A DNA stretch of 64,000 nt from an uncultured Solirubrobacteraceae bacterium (lineage in GTDB: Bacteria; Actinomycetota; Thermoleophilia; Solirubrobacterales; Solirubrobacteraceae), in assembly GCA_964588985.1 (NCBI GenBank), contig CAZPQW010000008.1, positions 1 to 64,000 of the forward strand, written 5' to 3'. Below the pieces are notes generated by a model that saw only the letters and a program-made list of their open reading frames with translations, was not told the DNA's origin and did no database searches. Made by a program: the position numbers and the translations under genes. Position 1 is the first letter of the stretch. The number at the start of each line of letters is the position of its first letter. Shown in pieces: positions 26,699 through 34,816 of the stretch.

Positions 26699-27339
26699 TG
26701 AGCCTCGCTCCCGTGCCGTCCGAGAGCGCCACGTGCGCGAACTGCTCCGCCCCGCTCGTCGCGGACCAGCGCTACTGCCTCTCCTGTGGGCACCCGTGCT
26801 CGCCCGTTCGGCTCGCGTTCCTCGACGTGCTCCAGTCGGAGGGACAGCAGCAGGTCGCCACTCGCCCGCTCGCCACCACGCCCGCGATGACTTACGCGCC
26901 CCTGCTCGAACCGGCAGGCCCGTCCGGCTGGCTGCGCCGCTACTCCCCGCTGTTCGGAGTGCTCACCGTGTTGCTGCTCGCGATGATCGCCGGGCTGCTC
27001 GTCGGCCACTGGGTGACACAGAACAAAGCGACCGCGTCCGTGCCGAGCCAGCAGACGATCAAGATCGAAGGACTCGGCGGCCTCGCCGCGGGGGCCAGCG
27101 CCACGCCCACCACCTCCACCACGCCCGCCGCGAGCGCCTCCAGCCAGCCGAGCGCCAAGGAAGAATCCGAAGAAGTCGTCAAAGAAGCGAAAGCCGAAAA
27201 AGCGCAGGCTCAGTCGATCGAAAAAACCAAACCCCGCAAAGCCGGCGCGAACACGCTGCAGAAACTGAACTCCACGACCGGCAAGAAGCACGCCGAAGAA
27301 CTCAACAAGCTTGGCGCCGAACCGATCGAAACGGGCTGA
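26695..27339 (+). CDS. Zinc-ribbon membrane protein
   Basis: CANC...QRYCLSCG, one TM helix, charged C-terminus; overlaps both neighbours. Confidence 0.75.
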   Translation: MMSLAPVPSESATCANCSAPLVADQRYCLSCGHPCSPVRLAFLDVLQSEGQQQVATRPLATTPAMTYAPLLEPAGPSGWLRRYSPLFGVLTVLLLAMIAGLLVGHWVTQNKATASVPSQQTIKIEGLGGLAAGASATPTTSTTPAASASSQPSAKEESEEVVKEAKAEKAQAQSIEKTKPRKAGANTLQKLNSTTGKKHAEELNKLGAEPIETG

Positions 27340-27767
27340 TGAGCGCGCACAACGGCAACGGTCGCCCCGAGCCGATCTCCAGCGCACCGGCGGGCGCGGT
27401 CGTGCCGGTCGGCGGCCTCGTGTCGACGAGCGGCTCGATGGCGGAGCTGCGCAGCCGCCGCCTCGAGCTGGCCGAGCGCGTCGCCGCGCTCACCTGGGAC
27501 CTCGGAGGCCTCGCGTACGAGATGGCGATCCGCGACCACTACCGCCTCGACGTGCTCGCGCGCAAAGCCGCCGAACTGCAGGAGGCCGACGCACAGCTCG
27601 GCGAGGTGCAGCGCCTGCTCGCCACGAGCGAGGCGGGCATCCACGGGCAGTGCCGCTCGTGCGGCGCGGTGCACAGCCGCGGCGCCGCCTACTGCTGGCA
27701 CTGCGGCGCGCCGCTCCTCGAGGAGGCGCGCCCGTCGGTGCTGCACGGCGAGTCGCCGGTGGCGTAG
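27339..27767 (+). CDS. Coiled-coil + zinc-ribbon protein
   Basis: WDLGGLAYEMAIRDH, CRSCG...YCWHCG; TGATG coupling. Confidence 0.75.
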   Translation: MSAHNGNGRPEPISSAPAGAVVPVGGLVSTSGSMAELRSRRLELAERVAALTWDLGGLAYEMAIRDHYRLDVLARKAAELQEADAQLGEVQRLLATSEAGIHGQCRSCGAVHSRGAAYCWHCGAPLLEEARPSVLHGESPVA

Positions 27768-27777
27768 CGTCTGAGGG

Positions 27778-28704
27778 GTGAAGCTCCTCGCCCTGACGCT
27801 CACGTTCGCGCTCGCCGGACCGCCAACCGTCTCGGCGGCCAGCACCTCCTCTCACCCCGCTCCTCGCGAAGGGGGCTGCCCGATCCTCCCCGCGAGCAAC
27901 TCCCTCAACCGGGACATCTCGCACGCGCCGGTCGACCCCAACTCCGCGCGCTACATCGCGAGCATCGGCCTCGGCGGACACCTGCACCCTGACTTCGGCA
28001 CCAACCCGAGCTACGGCATCCCCTATGCGGTCGTCGGTCCGCACCAGGCGAAGGCGCCGATCGCGTTTAGCGAATTCGGGGAAGAATCCAACCCCGGCCC
28101 CTACCCGATCCCCGCCAACGCGCCGATCGAGGGCGCTGGCGAAGAAGGCGACCGGCACGTGCTGGTGCTGCAGACGGGCAGCTGCAGGCTCTACGAGCTC
28201 TACAACGCCCAGCGTAAGGGAGCCGGCTGGGAAGCTGGCTCAGGGGCGATGTTCGACCTGCGCAGCAACGCCCTGCGCCCCGAAGGCTGGACGTCCGCGG
28301 ACGCCGCCGGGCTGCCGATCTTCCCGCTGCTCGTCCGTTACCCCGAGGTCCACGCCGGGCGGATCGACCATGCGCTGCGCGTGACCGTCGCACGCACCCA
28401 GCGCGGCTACATCCACCCGGCCACGCACTTCGCCTCCTCGAGCTCGGACACGAGCCTGCCGCCGATGGGCCTGCGGCTGCGGCTGAAGGCGAGCTACCCG
28501 ATCGCGGGCTTCCACGGCGAGTCGCTGATCGTCCTGCGCGCGCTCAAGCGCTACGGGCTGATCGTCGCCGACAACGGAACCTCCTGGTACATCACCGGCG
28601 CCCCCGACCCGCGCTGGAACGACGCCGACCTCGAACAGATCAAGCGCGTCCCCGGGGCGGCGTTCGAAGCGGTCCGAACCGGGTCGATCCGTCACCGCGG
28701 CTGA
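27778..28704 (+). CDS. Secreted hypothetical protein
   Basis: Signal peptide; LHPDFG, GDRHVLV, WTSADAAGLPI.P.L.RY.EV..G.IDHALR, LKRYGLIVADNG. Confidence 0.8.
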   Translation: MKLLALTLTFALAGPPTVSAASTSSHPAPREGGCPILPASNSLNRDISHAPVDPNSARYIASIGLGGHLHPDFGTNPSYGIPYAVVGPHQAKAPIAFSEFGEESNPGPYPIPANAPIEGAGEEGDRHVLVLQTGSCRLYELYNAQRKGAGWEAGSGAMFDLRSNALRPEGWTSADAAGLPIFPLLVRYPEVHAGRIDHALRVTVARTQRGYIHPATHFASSSSDTSLPPMGLRLRLKASYPIAGFHGESLIVLRALKRYGLIVADNGTSWYITGAPDPRWNDADLEQIKRVPGAAFEAVRTGSIRHRG

Positions 28705-28729
28705 GCTGAGCAGTGGAGTAGCGGCTGGG

Positions 28730-28987
28730 CTACGGCTGGTGAGTCGGCTCGACCACGGGAGTCGGCTGCTGCTCCGCCGGGACCGCGGGGGCCTGAGCGA
28801 CGGGCGCCGGCGGCTGCTGCGCGGTCTGGCTGATCGTCGGCTGCGAGGAGGATCCGCTGACCGAGTCCTTGAACTCGCGCATCCCACTGCCGAGTGAGCG
28901 GCCGATCTCCGGGAGCCGCTTGGCTCCGAAGATCAACAGCAGGATCACCACCAGGAAGGCGATGTGGAGTGGGTTATCGAGTCCCAT
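28730..28987 (-). CDS. tatA: Twin-arginine translocase TatA
   Basis: LLIFGAKRLPEIGRSLGSGMREFK. Confidence 0.93.
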   Translation of the reverse strand: MGLDNPLHIAFLVVILLLIFGAKRLPEIGRSLGSGMREFKDSVSGSSSQPTISQTAQQPPAPVAQAPAVPAEQQPTPVVEPTHQP

Positions 28988-29001
28988 CAGTCTCCATCAG
29001 T

Positions 29002-29358
29002 CTACCCAAGCAGAGCCCTCCTCACCAGTTGGGCCGCCACGACTACCATCAACGCGGCGAAAGCGTCGCGCAGCACCGCCCCCGAGAGAGCGTTCGCGAG
29101 CGCCACGCCCGCGGCCGCCCCGACGACCGAGAGCAGTCCGAGCAGCAGTGCGTCGCGCCGGTTGACGTTGCCGTAGCGGTCCTGGCGATACGTGCCCACG
29201 ATCGCCACGGGCACGATCGCGAGCAGCGAGGTGGCCTCCGCGTGGTGCTGGTCCAGCCCGAGGAAGATCACCAGGCCGGGCACGAACAGAACGCCGCCGC
29301 CCACGCCCAACAGGCCCGCCACGACCCCCGCGGCGAGGCCGATCGCGATCGCGCCCAT
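29002..29358 (-). CDS. TauE/SafE (TSUP) family half-size membrane protein
   Basis: GLLGVGGGVLFVP, AEATSL. Confidence 0.8.
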   Translation of the reverse strand: MGAIAIGLAAGVVAGLLGVGGGVLFVPGLVIFLGLDQHHAEATSLLAIVPVAIVGTYRQDRYGNVNRRDALLLGLLSVVGAAAGVALANALSGAVLRDAFAALMVVVAAQLVRRALLG

Positions 29359-29726
29359 CACCGCAGCACCAGCTCGACCGCGCTTGCCACCAGCACCGCC
29401 GCGAACAGCAGCGCGATCGAGCGCGCCCGCAGGCGCTGCTGCAGCCACGTCCCGATCAGCACGCCACCCACGGCGGGCACGCCCACGAGCGCCGCGTCGC
29501 GCAGATCGACGTTGCCGTAGAGCCCCTGTACTCCGGCGGCGAACGCCGCGATGAACACGATCGCCGCGAGCGACGTGGCGGTCGCGGTGCGCTCCTCGTA
29601 GCCGAGCCACAGGATCAGCAGCGGCACGATCACGCTTCCGCCGCCCACGCCGAACAGGCCGCTGAACACCCCCGCCGCGGTGCCAATCGCCATCAGCTTC
29701 AGCGAGCGGTCCCCGGTCCCAGACAC
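29358..29726 (-). CDS. TauE/SafE (TSUP) family half-size membrane protein
   Basis: SGLFGVGGGSVIVP, ATATSL; TGATG coupling to the next half; start approximate. Confidence 0.8.
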   Translation of the reverse strand: MSGTGDRSLKLMAIGTAAGVFSGLFGVGGGSVIVPLLILWLGYEERTATATSLAAIVFIAAFAAGVQGLYGNVDLRDAALVGVPAVGGVLIGTWLQQRLRARSIALLFAAVLVASAVELVLR

Positions 29727-29746
29727 TGCGCGCCATACTAGACCGC

Positions 29747-30547
29747 GTGTCCCCCGCCGCAACGCTCGTGGAGGCGCTCGAGCCGATCCGCTCGGATCCC
29801 GCGCACGCCGCCGTCCTGCTCGACATCGACGGCACCCTCGCGCCCATCGTCCGCCACGCGACCGACGCGCACGTCCCCGAGGCGACCCGCTCGGTGCTGA
29901 TCGAGGTCGCCAAGCGCTACACCACCGTCGGCTGCGTCAGCGGACGGCGCGCGAGCATCGCCCGCCAGATCGTCTCGATCGGGACGATCGCCTACGTCGG
30001 CAACCACGGCGGCGAGCTGCTGCGCCCGGGGAGCACCCAGCCGGAGATCGACCCGGAGCTCGCGGCATGGACCGCTCGCGTGCGCGAGTTCGCCGTGCGC
30101 GCCTACACCCCCGAGCACCAGCGGATGCGCGTGCGCGGCGAGGACAAGGACGCGATCGCGGCGTTCCACTGGCGCGGCGCGCCCGACGAGGACGCCGCCG
30201 AGCAGGCGGTGCGCGAGATCGCGAAGCTCGCCGAGACCGAGGGCTTCGCTGTGCACTGGGGGCGCAAGGTGCTCGAGGTCCGCCCCCCGGTGGCCTTCGA
30301 CAAGGGCATCGGCATCGCCGCGCTGCTGCGCGAGGGCCCCGCGACGGCCGCCCTCTACGTGGGCGACGACACGACCGACCTGGACGCGTTCCGCGGCCTG
30401 CGGGCGCTGGTGCAGGGCAACAAGCTCACGAGCGCGCTGTGCGTGGCCGTCAGCTCCGACGAAGCGCCCGCGGAGCTTGCGCAGGAGGCGGACCTCACGG
30501 TGGACGGCCCCGCCGGCGTGCGCGGGCTGCTCGAGGCGCTGCTCTAG
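29747..30547 (+). CDS. otsB: Trehalose-6-phosphate phosphatase
   Basis: HAD motifs LLDIDGTLAPI, VSGR, GNHG.E, GRKVLEVRP...DKG, YVGDDTTDLDAF. Confidence 0.9.
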   Translation: MSPAATLVEALEPIRSDPAHAAVLLDIDGTLAPIVRHATDAHVPEATRSVLIEVAKRYTTVGCVSGRRASIARQIVSIGTIAYVGNHGGELLRPGSTQPEIDPELAAWTARVREFAVRAYTPEHQRMRVRGEDKDAIAAFHWRGAPDEDAAEQAVREIAKLAETEGFAVHWGRKVLEVRPPVAFDKGIGIAALLREGPATAALYVGDDTTDLDAFRGLRALVQGNKLTSALCVAVSSDEAPAELAQEADLTVDGPAGVRGLLEALL

Positions 30548-30551
30548 CGAC

Positions 30552-31079
30552 GTGCGCTTCGTCGACTTCCTCAGAACCACCGTCTTGCTGAGCGCCGGCG
30601 CGGCCACCGCGCTCGCGACGCTCACCGTGTTCGCCGCCGCCGGCGCCCACAACGTGCTCGTCGCCGCGTCGATCGGCTGGTGGATCGTGGCGAGCGCGAT
30701 CGGGCTGCGCGCGGGCAGACGGGCGCAGACCAACCCGCCGATCGCACGCCTGCTCGCGAGCGCCAGCGCGAGCAAGACGCTGCCCGAGCACCGCCCCGGC
30801 GCGATCATGCTCAACCGCCTGTGGCCGCTGCTGCTGTTCACGCTGATCGCCGGAGGCTCCGCGTTCTTCGCCCCGCAGGTCCCCGGCATCGCGGCCGGCT
30901 TCGCGATCATCTGGGCGCTGTCGTGGCGCCGCCAGGACGCGGCGGTGGAGGCGATCGAGGAGCGCGACGGCGCGAGCTTCTACGTCCAGCGCACCTCGCC
31001 GATCAGGCCGATGTCGCTGCTGCGCACCCCCGGCTTCGCCGCCTCGCGCCCGGAGCGCGTCAACGGCGCCGTCACCTGA
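30552..31079 (+). CDS. Hypothetical membrane protein
   Basis: Four hydrophobic segments; operonic spacing. Confidence 0.7.
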   Translation: MRFVDFLRTTVLLSAGAATALATLTVFAAAGAHNVLVAASIGWWIVASAIGLRAGRRAQTNPPIARLLASASASKTLPEHRPGAIMLNRLWPLLLFTLIAGGSAFFAPQVPGIAAGFAIIWALSWRRQDAAVEAIEERDGASFYVQRTSPIRPMSLLRTPGFAASRPERVNGAVT

Positions 31080-31080
31080 G

Positions 31081-32127
31081 ATGGGAGCCGAGCGCCCGCT
31101 CGACGTCCTGATCGTCTCGCTCGGATCCACCGCGGGCCTGCGCGCGGCCGACGCGGAGCTGCGCGACTCGCTGGAGCGCATGGGAGCAAACGCGGTCATT
31201 GTCAGCGTCATCAAACCGCGCGAGGTGCGCACGCTGATGCTCACCGACCTCGCGTGGGCGCGCGCGGGACGTGTCGCGTGCAAGAAGGCGCTGGCCGAGC
31301 TGCAGGGCCATCGCCCGCCCGCGATCGTCTACTCGAGCACCACCGCCTCGCTCCTGTGGCCTCGCCCTGGGGCGATCCGGTTCGACGCCCCGTCCGCGGG
31401 CAACCGGCCGGGACGCCACGGGCTGTGGCAACGGCCGCTCGAGTCCCGCCGGCTGGCAACTGCGCCGCTGCTGCTGCCGTGGAGCGAGGGCGGGCTGGGC
31501 GAGGCGCCGGCTTCGGCGCGCAAGGAGGGGAGGGCGCTGGTGCTCCCCGTTGCGGTGGCGCCGTCGGGGCCGCCCGCGCAGGTCCGCGACATCGCCGCGA
31601 TCACCTACGCGGCCAATCCCAGCAAGAAGGGGATCGACCGTGTCCTCGCGGCCTGGCGTGCCGTGCGCGCCCAGTGGCCCGACGCCGCGGAGGAGCTCGT
31701 CGTGGCGGGAGCCTCGGTGCAGGAGCTGAGAGCCGCCGGGCTGGACGTGAAGGGGGAGGAGGGCGTGCGCGTCGTTGGCGCCCTGCCCGCCGCCGAGTAC
31801 CGCGCGCTGCTCAGGCGCGCGCGCGTGTTCGTGTGCGCGCCGCGGCGCGAGGATTTCGGCATCGCCCAGCTCGAGGCGCTCGCCGACGGCTGCGTGCTCG
31901 TCACCACCCCCGCGCCCGGGCCCTACGCGGCGCTTCCGATCGCGAGTTCGCTCGACCACCGGCTTGTGAGCGAGGATCTGGAGGGGGCGCTGCTGACCGC
32001 GCTGCAGGACCCGCGGCCGGACTACTCCTCGCGCGCGCTGGCGGCGCTTGCCCCGTTCACTCGCGCCGCGATCGACACGCAGGTGGCCGAGGAGCTGCTC
32101 CCCCGTCTCACCGAAATGCCCGTCTGA
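31081..32127 (+). CDS. Glycosyltransferase family 4 (GT-B)
   Basis: KKGID, EDFGIAQLEALADG. Confidence 0.82.
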   Translation: MGAERPLDVLIVSLGSTAGLRAADAELRDSLERMGANAVIVSVIKPREVRTLMLTDLAWARAGRVACKKALAELQGHRPPAIVYSSTTASLLWPRPGAIRFDAPSAGNRPGRHGLWQRPLESRRLATAPLLLPWSEGGLGEAPASARKEGRALVLPVAVAPSGPPAQVRDIAAITYAANPSKKGIDRVLAAWRAVRAQWPDAAEELVVAGASVQELRAAGLDVKGEEGVRVVGALPAAEYRALLRRARVFVCAPRREDFGIAQLEALADGCVLVTTPAPGPYAALPIASSLDHRLVSEDLEGALLTALQDPRPDYSSRALAALAPFTRAAIDTQVAEELLPRLTEMPV

Positions 32128-32187
32128 AGACGGAGACAATTGCCGTAATTGCTGGAATCGGCGACAGCCGTGACCTAGGCTCGACCG

Positions 32188-33846
32188 GTGTCGGCTTCCG
32201 ATCGCGTCAATCCTCCCGCGCGCCTCACCAGCACGAGCTCGTTCGAGGCGAAGGCACATCCGGTAAGCACCGCACGCACGGACCTGCTGCGCTGGAGCGG
32301 CTATGCGTGGGGCGCGATTGGAGCGACCGCGGCGTTCATCGGCATCACCTGCTGGTGGCTCACGCAGGACCGCAGCATCCCGATCTACGACGTCGGCACG
32401 CAGCTGCAGACGGTCTTCGAATACCACCGGATGCTGCAGGCGGGGGATCTGCTGGGGCCGTTCACCTTCGAAAACGTCTATCCGATCCTCGGCCACATCG
32501 TGGGCGCGGTCGCGGCGCTGATCGGCGGCGTGAGCGTCGCCGCCCCGGTGCTCGGAGAGAACCTCGTCTTCGTCCCGCTGCTCGCGCTCGGCTGCTACCA
32601 GACGGGCCGCCTCCTCTTCAGCCCTCTCGCGGGGATGCTCGCGGTGCTGGTGGTGTTCGGCTCGCCGCTGGTGATCGAGATGTTCCACGTGTTCCTGCTC
32701 GACGCGCCGGTCGCGGCGATGGTGGCGCTCGCGATGTGGCTGATCCTCGCGAGCGAGGACTTTCGCCGCGTCGGGGTCTCGGGGCTGGCGGGCCTCGCGG
32801 TGGGGTTGGGCATGAACGTGAAGGTGCAGTTCGCGCTGTTCGTCGTCGGCCTCACGGCCGTCGTCTTCCTCCATGGCGGGTGGCGCAACTGGCGCGGCTT
32901 CGCCACGTTCGTCGCGGTCGCGCTCCTGGTCGGGACGCCCTGGTACATCCAGCACTCCTCCGAACTGGGGCGGATGATCGAACTCTCGAGCTCCGGGCCG
33001 GGTACGCCGCCGGGCAACATCCCGCCGACGTTCTCAATGGAAAACCTGCAGTGGTACTTCTGGAGCATCCTCAACTCCCAGCTGCTCCTGCCGCTCTTCC
33101 TCCTCGCGGTCGGCGGAATCGTATGGATGGCCGTCACGACCGTTCGCAGTCGGGGGAAGAACGCACTCAGACTGGAGTTCCTCCTCGGCGGCTTCCTGGC
33201 CTGGTTCGTCATCACGTTCCCGGACGCCCACCACGACATTCGCTATGGCCTGCCGATGATCGGCTTTCTCGCGGTCGTCGCAACGGGATGGATAGTGCAT
33301 CTTCCCCGGGCCGCCCGAAGCGCGGCCATCGCCGTGGTCGTCCTCGGAGTCAGCGCCAACACCCTGGGCATCACGTTCGGTGTCGGCGGCAACGCGGAAG
33401 CGAAGCTGACCAGCAACCCTCCGCCCACCGAGGCGTTCCCCGACCAAGTCAAGTTCTTTACCACGGCGGGTTTCCTGGTCGCTGCCCCTAGTCGTGACGG
33501 CGATGTCCCGGGGCTGCTCAAAGCGCTACGCCGCGAAGGGGTGACCACCATCTCCTGGAGCGCTTCCCAAAGCGTGGACCCCGAATTCTCCCTGGAAGGC
33601 CTCAGGCCGCTCGCGCAGATCGCCGGTCTCGCCCCTGCAATAACCGAACAGCCTCAGTATGCGCCACAGGCGAGCGTCGCGACGCTCCTCCGCGAACCGG
33701 TCACCGCACACACCCAGCCGCCGTGCACGCGTCTGCGGGATCACACGGGCGTGTGGGTCGTGCGCTACGAACCCGTGGCGGCGAAGCTGGCTATGTACTG
33801 CCCGACGCGCAGGCCGCGGTATTACGCCGCCGGATCGGTGCACTAA
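32188..33846 (+). CDS. ArnT/PMT-like (GT-C) polytopic glycosyltransferase
   Basis: Many TM helices; PIYD, LLDAP, GLGM.VK, PWY, DIRY.LP motifs. Confidence 0.78.
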   Translation: MSASDRVNPPARLTSTSSFEAKAHPVSTARTDLLRWSGYAWGAIGATAAFIGITCWWLTQDRSIPIYDVGTQLQTVFEYHRMLQAGDLLGPFTFENVYPILGHIVGAVAALIGGVSVAAPVLGENLVFVPLLALGCYQTGRLLFSPLAGMLAVLVVFGSPLVIEMFHVFLLDAPVAAMVALAMWLILASEDFRRVGVSGLAGLAVGLGMNVKVQFALFVVGLTAVVFLHGGWRNWRGFATFVAVALLVGTPWYIQHSSELGRMIELSSSGPGTPPGNIPPTFSMENLQWYFWSILNSQLLLPLFLLAVGGIVWMAVTTVRSRGKNALRLEFLLGGFLAWFVITFPDAHHDIRYGLPMIGFLAVVATGWIVHLPRAARSAAIAVVVLGVSANTLGITFGVGGNAEAKLTSNPPPTEAFPDQVKFFTTAGFLVAAPSRDGDVPGLLKALRREGVTTISWSASQSVDPEFSLEGLRPLAQIAGLAPAITEQPQYAPQASVATLLREPVTAHTQPPCTRLRDHTGVWVVRYEPVAAKLAMYCPTRRPRYYAAGSVH

Positions 33847-33870
33847 AGGCTGGTCCGAGTCCAAAAGTCA

Positions 33871-33909
33871 GAAACTACACTTGCGGGAAGCTGGTAGCGA
33901 GCGTACGGT
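33871..33909 (+). promoter_or_regulatory. Sigma70-type promoter with upstream GAAACT element
   Basis: GAAACTACAC-TTGCGG-N17-TACGGT; same layout occurs five times in the window. Confidence 0.7.
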
Positions 33910-33957
33910 AGACGCTACGGAGTCACGTGTAATGGCTCCTTAGGGATGTCTAGGCTG

Positions 33958-33990
33958 ATGTTTGACGCTACTCCGGGTGGGCGCTTATAA
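33958..33990 (+). other. Leader ORF MFDATPGGR[TTA]* overlapping an anti-SD sequence
   Basis: ATG TTT GAC GCT ACT CCG GGT GGG CGC TTA TAA; CTACTCC is complementary to the downstream GGAGTAG. Confidence 0.45.
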
Positions 33991-34014
33991 GTCCAATCGT
34001 AAAGGAGTAGTTAG

Positions 34015-34638
34015 ATGAGGCGTACAACAACGACGGCAGTGGGGCTGGTGGCCCTTGTGGTGATGTTGGTGCTCGGCGTGTTCTCCGCCGGGTCAGCGTC
34101 AGCGCATTTATTCTTATACACGGGACCCTTACCCTCATTACTCTTAATATTAAGCGAGGGTCCGCAGATCTTCAACGTTACACCAGAAGGCTTCCAAATC
34201 AATTGTCCGCATTTCTTAGGTCATATTCAGGTCTCTAATGGTGTGATGTGGGGCTTAACGGCCAAAGTCACCGGTGACTATCCCGGCAAATGCACCGTGA
34301 CCGGTGGCTCCAAAGGGACGATCTCCCCGGTGGAATACGAAATCAGTGCTGACGGCACGATCTCTATTCTCAAAACCATTACAATCACGGCCGGGAGTCC
34401 GGCCAACTGCAGTCTCTTAGTCGAACCGACCGCAGAAAACCAGAACCTCTCAAGCCTCTTATTCTTAAAAGATCCCCTCAACTCTGGAGCGATATTAGGG
34501 CATGCCGCAGTTGGTGGCATCCACTCGAAAGGCACCAGCGGGGTCTGTTCTGAAAAGGAAGAAAATAACTACACTAAAGGTAGCTATTTCGGCTTATTCT
34601 TAGTGTGGGTGCATGGGGGTACTGTTGCTTGGGAGTAG
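34015..34638 (+). CDS. TTA-rich secreted beta-rich protein, paralogue 1
   Basis: AAGGAG RBS; signal peptide ending ASA; 4 Cys; C-terminal GG.V.WE; 14 TTA codons. Confidence 0.9.
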   Translation: MRRTTTTAVGLVALVVMLVLGVFSAGSASAHLFLYTGPLPSLLLILSEGPQIFNVTPEGFQINCPHFLGHIQVSNGVMWGLTAKVTGDYPGKCTVTGGSKGTISPVEYEISADGTISILKTITITAGSPANCSLLVEPTAENQNLSSLLFLKDPLNSGAILGHAAVGGIHSKGTSGVCSEKEENNYTKGSYFGLFLVWVHGGTVAWE

Positions 34639-34698
34639 TTTAGATATGGCAGTTTCACGCTGTGTTACAGGAGGTTATGAAGGCTAGTTAGCTGGCTT

Positions 34699-34733
34699 GG
34701 GTGGGGGTTGGGTTTGGTGTCTGGCTCCCACCC
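34699..34733 (+). terminator. Conserved hairpin downstream of the TTA-rich gene
   Basis: GGGTGGGGGTT...GGCTCCCACCC; homologous hairpins at 45750, 54750 and 58883. Confidence 0.6.
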
Positions 34734-34816
34734 GGTTTTGTTGCGTGAGGGGAGTTGGTGTGGGTTTGTGTGGTTGTGATGGTGGTGGGGTTGGGTGTCT
34801 AGGAGGGGGTTGGGCT

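Noticed and set aside
34636-34680. Amber readthrough, since all four TTA genes end TGG GAG TAG
   Set aside because: Coding sequence after the TAG is not conserved between paralogues, and a conserved hairpin follows.
34697-34816. Gly/Val/Cys-rich N-terminal extension of the propeller protein given by the ORF track
   Set aside because: It overlaps the conserved hairpin and a GT-rich tract; an AGGAGG RBS supports GTG 34817.
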